Shown here one piece after another: positions 7,635-17,069 of a stretch of 64,000 nucleotides of DNA. The DNA is taken from contig DATBHM010000065.1 of assembly GCA_036557505.1 (NCBI GenBank), forward strand, positions 6,742 through 70,741. Direction: 5' to 3'. Position 1 is the first letter of the stretch; each line of letters starts with the position of its first letter. The notes under the pieces are model-generated. The model was given only the letters and a program-made list of their open reading frames with translations. It was not told the origin of the DNA and did no database searches. Source of the DNA: Actinomycetota bacterium (GTDB lineage Bacteria; Actinomycetota; UBA4738; JACQTL01). A program made the translations under genes and the position numbers.

Positions 7635-10229
7635 GTGGACGCGGCAACCGGTGAATCGACGCGCTCGGTGGTTCGATCCGGCACCACGCGTGTGTGGTGG
7701 TTCATCTGCGCGGTGGGGCTGGTGGCCGCGGGCCTGTGGACGGTCGTCCTCCTCCGGCTCGGCGCGCCGGGAGGGCTCCTCATCCCGTGGTGGGTCCTGG
7801 CGATCGCCTTCTACCTCGCGGAGACGTTCGTGGCCCACCTGCACTTCCGCAAGCAGGCCCACACGCTCTCGGCGTCCGAGGTGGGCCTGGTGCTCGGCCT
7901 GTTCTTCGCGACGCCGGCAGCGCTGCTGACCGCCCAGATGGTGGGGGCGGGGCTGGCCCTCGCGGTCCACCGCCGGCAGAGGCCCATCAAGTTCGCGTTC
8001 AACATGGCCGAGATCCCGCTGTGCACCGCGCTGGCCGTGCTGATCTTCCGGAGCCTCTACGTCCCCGGGCACGTCGGCGGTGCAGCGTGGGTCCTCGCGC
8101 TCGTGGCGGCGATCGCGGCGCACGTGGCCGGCGTGCTGCTCGTGTCCTCCGTGATCGCGGTCGCCGAGGGACGGTTCTCGGCTCCCCAGCTGCCCCGGAC
8201 GCTCGTCACGTCCCTGGTGGGGGTGGCGGCCACGACCTGTCTGGGGCTGCTCGCGGTCGAGCTCATCAACAGCGATCCGCGGGCGACGCTGCTCCTCGTG
8301 CTGCCGCTCGTGGCGTGCGGGCTGGCGTTCCGCGGCTACATGCGGCAGCGGGAGCACCGCGAGCATCTCGAGTTCCTCTACGAGTCGATGCGCGCCACGC
8401 AGGGCGCGCCCGAGTTCGGGCTGGCGGTGGGCGAGCTGCTGGTGGCGGCGCGGCGGCTCCTGCGCGCCGACTACGCGGAGATCCTGCTGTCGTCGCCGAT
8501 CCCGGGCGAGCCGGTCCACCGCAGCGTGAGCGGCTCCTCGGGCCAGACGCTGATGGTGTCGGAGGCGCTCACGCCGGTGGACGCCGACGCGCTGGAGCGG
8601 ACGGGCGCGGCCGACCGGCCGGCGCTCCTTCCCCGTCGCCGGGGCCCCAATCCGCTGGATGACTTCCTGTCCGCCCGCGGGCTGGAGGACGCCGTGGTCG
8701 GCGCGCTCCGGGGCGAGGAGCGGGTGTTCGGCCTCCTCGTCGTGGGCGGGCGCGTGAGCGACGTCAGCACATTCTCTGAGGAGGATCTCTCACTGTTCGA
8801 GACCTTCGGGGGACACGCCGCCGTGCTGCTCGAGAACGGACGGCTCGAACGTTCCCTCGCCCAGGTGACCGAGCTGAAGGAGGAGCTCAGCCACCGGGCC
8901 CACTACGACACGCTCACCGCGCTGCCGAACCGCCTGCTCTTCTCGGAGATGGTTGCCACCGCGCTGGCCGGCGGCGGTCCGGACACGACGCACGCCCTGC
9001 TCTACATCGACCTCGACCGCTTCAAGCTCGTGAACGACAGCTGGGGTCACGCGGCCGGTGACGACCTCCTGGTCCAGGTCGCCGAGCGGATCCGCATCGC
9101 GGTCCGGCCCGGGGACACGCCCGCCCGGCTCGGGGGCGACGAGTTCGCCGTCCTCCTGCCGAACACCGACACCGAGGGCGCCGAGCGCACCGCCCAGCGC
9201 CTCGCCGACGCGATCGACGCGCCGTTCCTGCTCTCCTCGGGGCACCAGGCGACGGTCCACGCGAGCATCGGCATCGCGGTGGCCGACGCCGTCGAGCTGA
9301 CCGCCGACGATCTGCTCCGGAACGCGGACATCGCGATGTACACGGCGAAGAGCTCCGAGCACCGGTCCGTCCTGTACCTCCCCGCGTTCCACGACCGCCT
9401 GCGCCGTCGCCGGGAGCTGGCGCTCGAGGTCGAACGGGGCATCGAACGCGACGAGTTCATCGTGCACTTCCAGCCGGTCGTCTCCCTCGTCGACGGGGCG
9501 ATCCAGGCGTTCGAGGCGCTGGCGCGGTGGCAGCACCCGGCCCGGGGCCTGCTCCGTCCGGACGAGTTCCTCGGGGTGGCCGAGGAGACCGGCCTGATCT
9601 CGGCGATCGGCGCGAGGGTCCGCGAGCAGGCGTTCGCGTGCGCGAGCTCGTGGGCGGCGCTCCTCCCCGAACAGGCCGACCTCGGGCTCTGGGTGAACAT
9701 CGCGCCCGACGAGCTGACCAGCGAGCGGCTCGTCGAGGAGCTCGCGCTCGCGCTGACCCGCACTCACCTCGACGCCCGCCGCCTTACGGTGGAGATCACG
9801 GAGTCGAGCGTCATCCGGGACGAGCCCGGCGCGCTCGAGGCGATGCGTCGATTGCGGGAGCTGGGGATCCGGCTCTCCATCGACGACTTCGGCACCGGCT
9901 ACTCGTCGCTCGCGCGCCTCGCGGAGTTCCCCATCGAGATGGTCAAGATCCCCAAGCCGTTCGTGGACCGCCTGGTCGGCGAGAGCGCCAGCACGACGAT
10001 CGTCGACGCCATCCTGCGGATGGCGGGCTCGCTCGGCCTGATCACCGTGAGCGAGGGGATCGAGTACCCCGAGCAGGCCCGGATGCTGCGGAACCTGGGA
10101 TGTGGGCTCGGCCAGGGGTACCTGTACAGCCGGCCGATCGGCGCCAACGACACGTACCGCCTGCTGCGTTCGATGGCGAACGAGACCGGCTCGGCCGTCC
10201 TCCCCGTGGCCCGTTCCCTGGCCAACTGA
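7635..10229 (+). CDS. Membrane-anchored c-di-GMP signalling protein with an N-terminal multi-TM sensor, a GAF-like region, GGDEF and EAL domains
   Basis: The protein contains a GGDEFAVLL diguanylate cyclase motif, and EALARW plus a DDFGTGYSS EAL phosphodiesterase motif. The first 230 aa are hydrophobic. A GTG start at 7635 follows a GAGAAGGG ribosome-binding site. Confidence 0.8.
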   Translation: MDAATGESTRSVVRSGTTRVWWFICAVGLVAAGLWTVVLLRLGAPGGLLIPWWVLAIAFYLAETFVAHLHFRKQAHTLSASEVGLVLGLFFATPAALLTAQMVGAGLALAVHRRQRPIKFAFNMAEIPLCTALAVLIFRSLYVPGHVGGAAWVLALVAAIAAHVAGVLLVSSVIAVAEGRFSAPQLPRTLVTSLVGVAATTCLGLLAVELINSDPRATLLLVLPLVACGLAFRGYMRQREHREHLEFLYESMRATQGAPEFGLAVGELLVAARRLLRADYAEILLSSPIPGEPVHRSVSGSSGQTLMVSEALTPVDADALERTGAADRPALLPRRRGPNPLDDFLSARGLEDAVVGALRGEERVFGLLVVGGRVSDVSTFSEEDLSLFETFGGHAAVLLENGRLERSLAQVTELKEELSHRAHYDTLTALPNRLLFSEMVATALAGGGPDTTHALLYIDLDRFKLVNDSWGHAAGDDLLVQVAERIRIAVRPGDTPARLGGDEFAVLLPNTDTEGAERTAQRLADAIDAPFLLSSGHQATVHASIGIAVADAVELTADDLLRNADIAMYTAKSSEHRSVLYLPAFHDRLRRRRELALEVERGIERDEFIVHFQPVVSLVDGAIQAFEALARWQHPARGLLRPDEFLGVAEETGLISAIGARVREQAFACASSWAALLPEQADLGLWVNIAPDELTSERLVEELALALTRTHLDARRLTVEITESSVIRDEPGALEAMRRLRELGIRLSIDDFGTGYSSLARLAEFPIEMVKIPKPFVDRLVGESASTTIVDAILRMAGSLGLITVSEGIEYPEQARMLRNLGCGLGQGYLYSRPIGANDTYRLLRSMANETGSAVLPVARSLAN

Positions 10230-10342
10230 CGTCCACCCCGCGAGACGCGGATCCCGTGTTCCAATCGACCGGAGCAGGACGCCGTCCGCCGCCACCCGGT
10301 CGGACGCGGCGTCCCCATCCATCGTTCGAAGGGAGTCCGCTC

Positions 10343-10717
10343 ATGGCCGACGAGGGAACGCGGTACACGATCCACGAGGAGCCGTTGTTCGGCCTGCTCG
10401 AGGTGATGGACGTCCAAAAGGTCATCGACGACACGACCGAGCCGTGGGTGAACTGGACCCTGTGTCGGGTGAACGACAGCCTGATCCGGCTCGGGGTGCT
10501 CCACGGCGAGTTCCACTGGCACAAGCACGACGACGAGGACGAGTTCTTCCTGCTGCTCGACGGCGACTTCCGCCTCGAGCTCGAGGACCGGACCGTCGAG
10601 CTGAAGCCGCGGCAGGCGTTCACGGTTCCGAAGGGCGTCTTGCACCGCCCGGTCGTGCCGGTCCCAAGCGCCGTGCTGATGATCGAGACCGCCGGCGTCG
10701 TGGCGACCGGCGACTGA
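10343..10717 (+). CDS. Cupin domain protein
   Basis: The 124-aa product starts at ATG 10343 after a GAAGGGAG ribosome-binding site. It has a cupin-like G(X)5HXH...H pattern (GVLHGEFHWHKHDDEDEFF). Confidence 0.55.
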   Translation: MADEGTRYTIHEEPLFGLLEVMDVQKVIDDTTEPWVNWTLCRVNDSLIRLGVLHGEFHWHKHDDEDEFFLLLDGDFRLELEDRTVELKPRQAFTVPKGVLHRPVVPVPSAVLMIETAGVVATGD

Positions 10718-10796
10718 TACAGCCCGGCCGAGCGAAATCTCCTCCGACCGTGGCAGGATCGGCCACTTTGTCCGGGCAACGGAAGGAGGGGATCGG

Positions 10797-11480
10797 ATGG
10801 ACATCCGCAGGATGCGGCCGTCACCGGCCATGGTGGTCGCGACGATCGCGCTCGTGATCTCGCTGGGCGGGGTGGGCTATGCGGCGGGACTGATCGGCAC
10901 CAACGACATCAAGGACGGTGCCGTCACGACGCCGAAGCTCCACGCCGACGCGGTGACCAGCGGGAAGGTCGCTCCCCACTCGCTGACGCGCGTCGACATC
11001 GACGTGCCGAAGCTCGGGAAGGTTCCGGCCGCGGCCACGGCGGACAACGCGCTCGCGCTGGGCGGCGAGATCCCGGCCGCGTTCGAACGCTCGACACGGG
11101 TCCTGTTCGGCGCGGCCCGGGCCGACCTCGGCACCCCCCAGTTCCTGTTCGCCGACCCGGCCGTCGGGGTGAACCTGTTCACCGCCGGCAACGCCAGCTC
11201 CAACCCGCAGGTCCAGGTGACCAACACGAACAGCACGGGCAACCTGATCGGGACGCCGATCACGAGCACCGGCGCACATCCGGGGTTCGCGGTCTCCCAC
11301 GGGGCGAGCCAGATCGTGGGACCGGCCGTCTCGACGTCCGGCGACTACCTGGACATGCTGCTGAACAACACCGGCGTCGCCGGCCTGTCGTCGTCGCTCT
11401 GGGTGCACTGCCTGTTCAACTTCGACGGCGGCGACCTGACCGCGTTCTGCTGGGGGATCCGGGCGGTCAACCCCTCGTAA
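10797..11480 (+). CDS. Hypothetical secreted or membrane-anchored protein
   Basis: It follows a strong GGAAGGAGGGG ribosome-binding site. It has an N-terminal TM/signal anchor and a Thr/Gly/Asn-rich extracytoplasmic region. I do not recognise a family. Confidence 0.4.
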   Translation: MDIRRMRPSPAMVVATIALVISLGGVGYAAGLIGTNDIKDGAVTTPKLHADAVTSGKVAPHSLTRVDIDVPKLGKVPAAATADNALALGGEIPAAFERSTRVLFGAARADLGTPQFLFADPAVGVNLFTAGNASSNPQVQVTNTNSTGNLIGTPITSTGAHPGFAVSHGASQIVGPAVSTSGDYLDMLLNNTGVAGLSSSLWVHCLFNFDGGDLTAFCWGIRAVNPS

Positions 11481-11511
11481 CGGGTGTGCCGTCGCCGGCG
11501 CGCCCTCCCGG

Positions 11512-12783
11512 CTATCGGCGGGCGCGCTGGCGGCGGAGGTTCGAGTACCGGCCGGCCTTGCCGCTGAACACGATGCGCGGGGGCGCGACCTTCATGCCCT
11601 CGGCTTCGAAGTCCTCGTGCAGCTTGAGGCGCGCGGCCATGCGGCCGATGTCGCCCTGCTGCTCGGGCGTGACGAACGTGACCCCGGTGCCCGGGCGGCC
11701 GGCCCGTGCCGTTCGGCCCACCCGGTGGACGTAGGCCTTGTCGTCCTCGGGCGGGTCGTAGTTCACGACGTGGCTGATCCGTTCGAGGTCCAGCCCGCGC
11801 GCGGCGATGTCGGTCGCGACGAGCACGTGGATCTTGCCCGACTCGAAGTCGCGGAGCGCCCGCTCGCGGACGGGCTGCGAGAGATCGCCGTGCATGGCCA
11901 CGCACTTGATGCCCTGCTGGCGAAGCTTCCAGGCAAGGCGGTCTGCCCCGCGCTTCGTCCGGACGAAGACCAGCGTCTTGGCGCGGTCCTCGCCGAGGAA
12001 CTCGATCAGCGCGTCGACCTTGCCCTGGGCGGTCACCGGGATGAACCGGTGGTCGGCCTCGTCGACGGTCTCGCGCGGCGACTCGACCTCGTGCAGGCGG
12101 GCGTCGCGGGTGTAGGAGCGCGCGAGCCGACCGACCTGCCCGTCGAGCGTCGCCGAGAAGAACATCGTCTGGCGATTCGCGCCCAGGCGCTTGACGATGC
12201 GGTCGACCTGCGGCTGGAATCCCATGTCGAGCATCCGGTCGGCCTCGTCGAGGACGAGCATCGAGACGCCCTCCAGCGAGACCATGCGGCGTTGGGCCAG
12301 GTCCTCGAGGCGTCCGGGCGTGGCGATCACGATGTCGGAGGACGCGGCGCGCTTGCCCTGCTCGACCACCCGGGTGCCGCCGTACGCCAGGGCGACCTTC
12401 AGGTTCTTGGCTCTGGCGACCTCGCGGAACTCGTCCGCGACCTGAACCGCCAGCTCCCGCGTCGGGACGAGCACGAGGGCGGACGGCTTCGGGCCACCGG
12501 CCCGCACGCGCTCGACGATCGGCAGCGCGAACGCCAGCGTCTTGCCGGAGCCCGTCCGCGACTTGGCCAGCACGTCCCGCCCGCCCAGGGCATCGGCCAT
12601 GACCAGCGCCTGGATGGGGAACGGCCGCTCGATGCCCCGGGAGGCGAGCGCCGTGACGACGCCCGCCGACACGCCGAGGTCGGCGAAGGTGGATTCGGAC
12701 ACGATCGGTTCAACTCCTTCTGCGTGTCGGGCTTGCGGGCGCGACACGGCATCTCTCGGGGAAGTTCGACTCGCCGAGATCAC
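11512..12783 (-). CDS. DEAD-box ATP-dependent RNA helicase
   Basis: The Q-motif (FPIQ), Walker A (SRTGSGKT), DEAD (VLDEADRMLDMGF), SAT and HRVGRTARAG motifs are all present. The probable true start is the GTG at 12702 (MSESTFADLGV...) after an AAGGAG ribosome-binding site, rather than the ATG at 12783. Confidence 0.85.
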   Translation of the reverse strand: MISASRTSPRDAVSRPQARHAEGVEPIVSESTFADLGVSAGVVTALASRGIERPFPIQALVMADALGGRDVLAKSRTGSGKTLAFALPIVERVRAGGPKPSALVLVPTRELAVQVADEFREVARAKNLKVALAYGGTRVVEQGKRAASSDIVIATPGRLEDLAQRRMVSLEGVSMLVLDEADRMLDMGFQPQVDRIVKRLGANRQTMFFSATLDGQVGRLARSYTRDARLHEVESPRETVDEADHRFIPVTAQGKVDALIEFLGEDRAKTLVFVRTKRGADRLAWKLRQQGIKCVAMHGDLSQPVRERALRDFESGKIHVLVATDIAARGLDLERISHVVNYDPPEDDKAYVHRVGRTARAGRPGTGVTFVTPEQQGDIGRMAARLKLHEDFEAEGMKVAPPRIVFSGKAGRYSNLRRQRARR

Positions 12784-12890
12784 CGCTTGGAAGGGGAACC
12801 GGAACCGCGAACCTCACGGGGTGGCCTCGCCACCCGTGCCTCAAGAGTACCAGCAGGAAGGGGCACGGGAAACGATGCGCCGCAACGAGT

Positions 12891-14630
12891 TCACGCCGGT
12901 GTCGTGAACCCCCGCCCGGTCTTCCTGCCGAGGAACCCCGCCGCGACCATCTGCTCGAGGATCGGGACGGGCGCGTACGCGGGCTCGAGGAGCTCCCGGT
13001 GCAGGCTCCGGAGGATCTCGACGGTGACGTCGACGCCGACGAGGTCGACGAGGCCCAGCGGCCCCAGCGGATGGCGGCATCCGAGCGTCATCACGGTGTC
13101 CACGTCCTCGACGCTCGCGTAGCCCTCCTCGACCATCCGGGCGGCGTCGTTCAGGTAGGGGAACAGCAGCCGGTTGACGATGAACCCCGCCCGGTCCCGG
13201 CAGTGCACGACGGTCTTGCCCAGCCGGCCGGCCAGGCGCTCGGCGGCGGCCAGCGACTCGCCGGACGTCGCCACCGTGCGGACCAGCTCGACCAGCCGCA
13301 TGGACGGCACCGGGTTGAACACGTGGAACCCCAGCACGCGGTCGGGTCGCCGCGTCGCCGCGGCGACCTGCACGACGGGGAGCGACGAGGTCGCGGTGGC
13401 CAGGACGACATCGGCCGGCATGACTCCGTCGAGCCGCCCGAACAGCTCCCGCTTCGCGTCGAGGTCCTCCGCGATGGCCTCGACGACGAACCCGCACCCG
13501 GCCAGCGCGTCGAGGTCCGAGGTGAGGGAGATCCTCGCCAGCGAGTCCCCACGGGCGGCGTCGTCCATGCGGCCGCGCTCGACCGCCCGGGCCGTCGACC
13601 GCTCGACGGCCCCGAGGGCGCGGCGAGCGGACTCGTCGCTCCGGCCCCAGCACACGACGTCCAGGCCCGCTCGGGCCGCGGCCTCGGCCAGGCCCGTCCC
13701 GACGGTTCCGGTCCCGGCCACGCCGAGCGTGGCCGGTTCGGACGGTGCATCGGCGCCCCATTGGCGGACGGCTGCTTCGACCGTCGGTTCGTCGTCGGCG
13801 TAGAACCCGCGCCCCGCCTTCCGGCCGGTGAACCCCGCCGTGATCCGCTCCCGGAGCGCCGGCGCCGGCGCGAACCGCGGCTCGGCGAACTGCCGGTGCA
13901 GGGACTCAAGGATCTCGGCGCACGCATCGAGGCCGATGAGGTCGATGAGCTCCAGCGGGCCCATCGGGTGCCCGGCGCCGAGGCGCATCGCCGTGTCGAT
14001 GTCGTTGCGGGTCGCGGCGCCCGCATCGAGCAGCCGGACGGCCTCGTTCAGATAGGGGAACAGCAGCAGGTTGGCGATGAACCCCGCCCGGTCGCGGCAG
14101 GCGACCGCCGTCTTGCCGAGGGCGTGGACCAGCGCCGCCGCCTCGTCCCGCGCCGAGGGGTCGGTGGCCAGCGTCGTGACGAGCTCCACCAGCGGCATGG
14201 CGGGCGCCGGGTTGAAGAAGTGCAGCCCCACGACGCGACCCGGCAGGCCGCTCGCGGCCGCGAGCTCGATCACCGGCAGGGAGGACGTGTTCGTCGCGAG
14301 CACCGACTCCTGGCAGGCGAGGCCCAGCCGGTGGAAGACCTCGCGCTTGGGGTCCAGGCGTTCGGGGACCGCCTCGATCACGATTCCGGCGTCCGCGAGC
14401 TCCTCGACCGACCGTGAGAACGAGATCCGTTCGAGGGCGGCGTCGTGCTCCACGGCGTCGATGCGGCCGGCGGCCTTCGCCCGGTCCAGGGAGCCCCGGA
14501 TCCTCGCTCTCCCCGCCGAGGCGTGGTCGTCGTCCAGGACGGCGACCGTGACATGGAACCCGGCCCGGGCGCACGCCTCGGCGATGCCCGAGCCCATGGT
14601 GCCGCACCCGACGACGCCGATCCGTGCCAC
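12891..14630 (-). CDS. Tandem-fused double 3-hydroxyacyl-CoA (3-hydroxybutyryl-CoA) dehydrogenase with two complete Hbd-like modules
   Basis: Module 1 spans residues 1-285 (IGVVGCGTMGSGIAE...). Module 2 spans roughly 300-579 (LGVAGTGTVGTGLAE...). Each has an NAD Rossmann motif and its own C-terminal dimerisation region (FIANLLLFPYLNEA and FIVNRLLFPYLNDA). Confidence 0.8.
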   Translation of the reverse strand: MARIGVVGCGTMGSGIAEACARAGFHVTVAVLDDDHASAGRARIRGSLDRAKAAGRIDAVEHDAALERISFSRSVEELADAGIVIEAVPERLDPKREVFHRLGLACQESVLATNTSSLPVIELAAASGLPGRVVGLHFFNPAPAMPLVELVTTLATDPSARDEAAALVHALGKTAVACRDRAGFIANLLLFPYLNEAVRLLDAGAATRNDIDTAMRLGAGHPMGPLELIDLIGLDACAEILESLHRQFAEPRFAPAPALRERITAGFTGRKAGRGFYADDEPTVEAAVRQWGADAPSEPATLGVAGTGTVGTGLAEAAARAGLDVVCWGRSDESARRALGAVERSTARAVERGRMDDAARGDSLARISLTSDLDALAGCGFVVEAIAEDLDAKRELFGRLDGVMPADVVLATATSSLPVVQVAAATRRPDRVLGFHVFNPVPSMRLVELVRTVATSGESLAAAERLAGRLGKTVVHCRDRAGFIVNRLLFPYLNDAARMVEEGYASVEDVDTVMTLGCRHPLGPLGLVDLVGVDVTVEILRSLHRELLEPAYAPVPILEQMVAAGFLGRKTGRGFTTPA

Positions 14631-14726
14631 CCGACTCCTTCCCGCAGCCCGCGGCGGGAGCGTACCCGGAGGGCGGTCGCGCTATGGTCGGGCATCCAGG
14701 AACACCTCGAGCGCGGGAGGAGCTGC

Positions 14727-15104
14727 ATGAGTCCGACCTCGATGCCCCCCATCCCCAAGCCGGACGACGAGGCGAAGACGTTCTTCGAATCGGTCGTGCC
14801 GGACCATCCCGACGTGCGGATCCGGCCGATGTTCGGCAACAACGCGGCGTTCGTGAACGGGAACCTGTTCATGGGGCTGTTCGGGCAGGACGTGTTCGTC
14901 CGATTGCCCGACGAGGACCGCGAGGCGCTCTCCGCCGAGGGCGGTGCGCCGTTCTCCCCGATGCCGGGCCGGCCGATGAAGGAGTACGTCGTTCTGCCGG
15001 AGGCGTGGCGCGGCGACCCCCCGCGGGTCCGGGAGTGGGCGGGCCGTTCGCTCGAATGGGCCGAGGAGCTTCCGCCCAAACAACCGAAGCGGAAGAAGCG
15101 CTGA
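14727..15104 (+). CDS. TfoX N-terminal domain family protein
   Basis: The 125-aa product starts at ATG 14727 after a GGGAGGAG ribosome-binding site. The pattern MFGNNAAFVNGNLFMGLFGQDVFVRL...GRPMKEYVVLPE matches TfoX_N-type proteins. Confidence 0.55.
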   Translation: MSPTSMPPIPKPDDEAKTFFESVVPDHPDVRIRPMFGNNAAFVNGNLFMGLFGQDVFVRLPDEDREALSAEGGAPFSPMPGRPMKEYVVLPEAWRGDPPRVREWAGRSLEWAEELPPKQPKRKKR

Positions 15105-15261
15105 AGCGAACAACCGCCCGCGCCAGCCGGCGGGCACACCCCCCACGACCCGAGCTTCGGATCGGTGCGCCTCGGCCGGCCGGCAGGCGGGCGGTCGCAC
15201 CCCGGCCGGCACCGACGTCGTGGTCGTCGGCGGGACCGGCCGGGGGCGAGTTGGGCGGGGG

Positions 15262-16893
15262 TTAGACCGCGGGGGCTTCGATCAGGTGCACCGTGGCCGA
15301 GTGCGGCCCGGAGGTGTCGACCCAGGAGATGCTCGCCGAGTCGCCCGGCTTCGTTGAGTGCATGACGTCGCTGACGTCCTTCGCGGAGCCGATGTCGTGC
15401 CCGTCGATGTTCGTGATCACCGAGCCGGTCTGCATGCCCGCGTTGGCCGCCGGCGTTCCGGGGACGACCTGCTCGACGTAGGCGCCGCCGGTCGAGAGGC
15501 CCAGACGGGCGGCGGCCGCGGCGCTCAGGTTGCGGACCTGCACCCCCAGCAGACCGGGCCGGCCGTAGACGATGTCGCCGCCGCTCGTGTCGCCGGACTG
15601 GATGCGGTGCACGATGTTCAGCGCGTCGCCGATCGTGATCGCGTAGCCCTGCGTCGAGGTCCGGGTGAACCCCGACGTCTGGGTGGCCGCGGTGATCATG
15701 CCGATGACCTCACCCTGCGTGTCGACGAGCGGTCCGCCCGAGTCGCCGGGGGCGATGGGCGCGTTCGTCTGGATCACGCCGTGCAGCCGCTCGGACGGGC
15801 TCCCGGGGTCGCCGGCGGTGATGGTCTGGTTGAGTCCGGTGACCGTTCCGCCGGTCGCGGATGGGTTGCCGGTGCCGTAGGCGTTTCCAATCGCGACCAC
15901 GGAGGTTCCCTCGGTGAGGTTGCCGGTGTCGGTCCGGATCGTCGGGAGGTCCGACGCGCCGTCGAGCTGGATCAACGCGACGTCGTCGGCCGGGTCGGCC
16001 CCGATGACGTGGGCATCGTACGTCTGGCCGTTCGACGTGGTGGCCTCGATGCCGGTGGAGCCGCGGATCACGTGGTTGTTGGTGAGCACCTCGCCGCTCG
16101 AGGTGAGGATCATGCCGGTGCCGGCGGCCGCGCCCTGCGGGCCGAGGCCGGGCGCACCGGTCCCGATCACGGTCCGGATGACGACCACCGCCGGGAGGAC
16201 GCCCTGGGCGACCTGCCGCGGGCTGGTCGAGGAACCGCCGCCGTTGCCGTTCGTCGTGCCGTCACCCGACCCGCCCTTCCCGCCGAAGGTGGGGTTGGAC
16301 CCGCCGCCGACGTTCGGGTTCGAGCCGCCCACGTTGCCGCTGAGCGGGGGATTGGTGAACGCGCCCGAGCGGGACCCGGGCTGGGAGAGGCCCCACCCGA
16401 TGCCGACGCCCGAGGCGATGAGCACCGCAGAGGCGACGACCGCCGCCACGATCGCGCCCGCGCGACCCCGCCGGGGCTGCGCGTGCTGCGGGCCGTGCCA
16501 GCCGATCGGGGTGGACGACCACGGCGCGTTGGGCGTCGTGCGGCCCCACGCCTCCGGCACCTCCATCGGGCGGTCGGGGCGGGGCGGGACGGACGTGACG
16601 GGGCGGGAGGTCTCGCCGTCGGTCCACCAGAACCAGTCGTCCGAACCCTCGGCCCCCGGGCGGGCGGCCGGGGCGGGCGCCCAGTGGCGCGACGTCGCCG
16701 GACGGGACCCCGCGGTGCGGAAGCCGTACCGGTCGTCCGGGCTCACATACGAGTCGCGACGGAACGACGCGGCCGGGTCGTGCTCCGGCTCGGGCTCGGT
16801 GTGCTCGGGCTCGCCGGCCGGCTCGCGGTCGCCGCCGCCGGCGGGCTCGAGCTCGAATTCCTCGGTGTCGTGGTCCTGGTCGTGGTCAGCCAT
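15262..16893 (-). CDS. HtrA/PepD-like trypsin-family serine protease with a C-terminal PDZ domain, an acidic cytoplasmic N-terminus and one TM helix
   Basis: His is in TNNHVI, Asp in DVALIQL and Ser in GDSGGPLV. A PDZ region follows (GAYVEQVVPGTPAANAGMQTGSVITNIDGHDIGS). Its position downstream of a two-component pair resembles mprA-mprB-pepD. Confidence 0.8.
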   Translation of the reverse strand: MADHDQDHDTEEFELEPAGGGDREPAGEPEHTEPEPEHDPAASFRRDSYVSPDDRYGFRTAGSRPATSRHWAPAPAARPGAEGSDDWFWWTDGETSRPVTSVPPRPDRPMEVPEAWGRTTPNAPWSSTPIGWHGPQHAQPRRGRAGAIVAAVVASAVLIASGVGIGWGLSQPGSRSGAFTNPPLSGNVGGSNPNVGGGSNPTFGGKGGSGDGTTNGNGGGSSTSPRQVAQGVLPAVVVIRTVIGTGAPGLGPQGAAAGTGMILTSSGEVLTNNHVIRGSTGIEATTSNGQTYDAHVIGADPADDVALIQLDGASDLPTIRTDTGNLTEGTSVVAIGNAYGTGNPSATGGTVTGLNQTITAGDPGSPSERLHGVIQTNAPIAPGDSGGPLVDTQGEVIGMITAATQTSGFTRTSTQGYAITIGDALNIVHRIQSGDTSGGDIVYGRPGLLGVQVRNLSAAAAARLGLSTGGAYVEQVVPGTPAANAGMQTGSVITNIDGHDIGSAKDVSDVMHSTKPGDSASISWVDTSGPHSATVHLIEAPAV

Positions 16894-17069
16894 CTCGTCC
16901 CTCGCGTCCCTTCATGGGAGGCACGCGGCGCCTCCATCATCCAACTTCCTGGGCAAAACGCCCCTCGGGTCGTTTCGACCGAACGGGATGCATCCTGGCG
17001 GACCAACCTCAACGTTCCCCGAGACATTGCTGAAGGCTTGCGAAGAAGCCGGTGTGCGGGGCTCAAGAT

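Noticed and set aside
7051-7783. Minus-strand ORFs translating to CCPTR/VLPDQ repeats.
   Set aside because: They are mirror translations of the 15-bp tandem repeat in the S8 protease gene, not independent genes.
9527-10342. An N-terminal extension of the cupin ORF (396 aa, from 9527).
   Set aside because: The first 270 codons overlap the GGDEF/EAL gene in another frame and are Arg/Pro-rich. The real gene starts at ATG 10343, which has its own ribosome-binding site.
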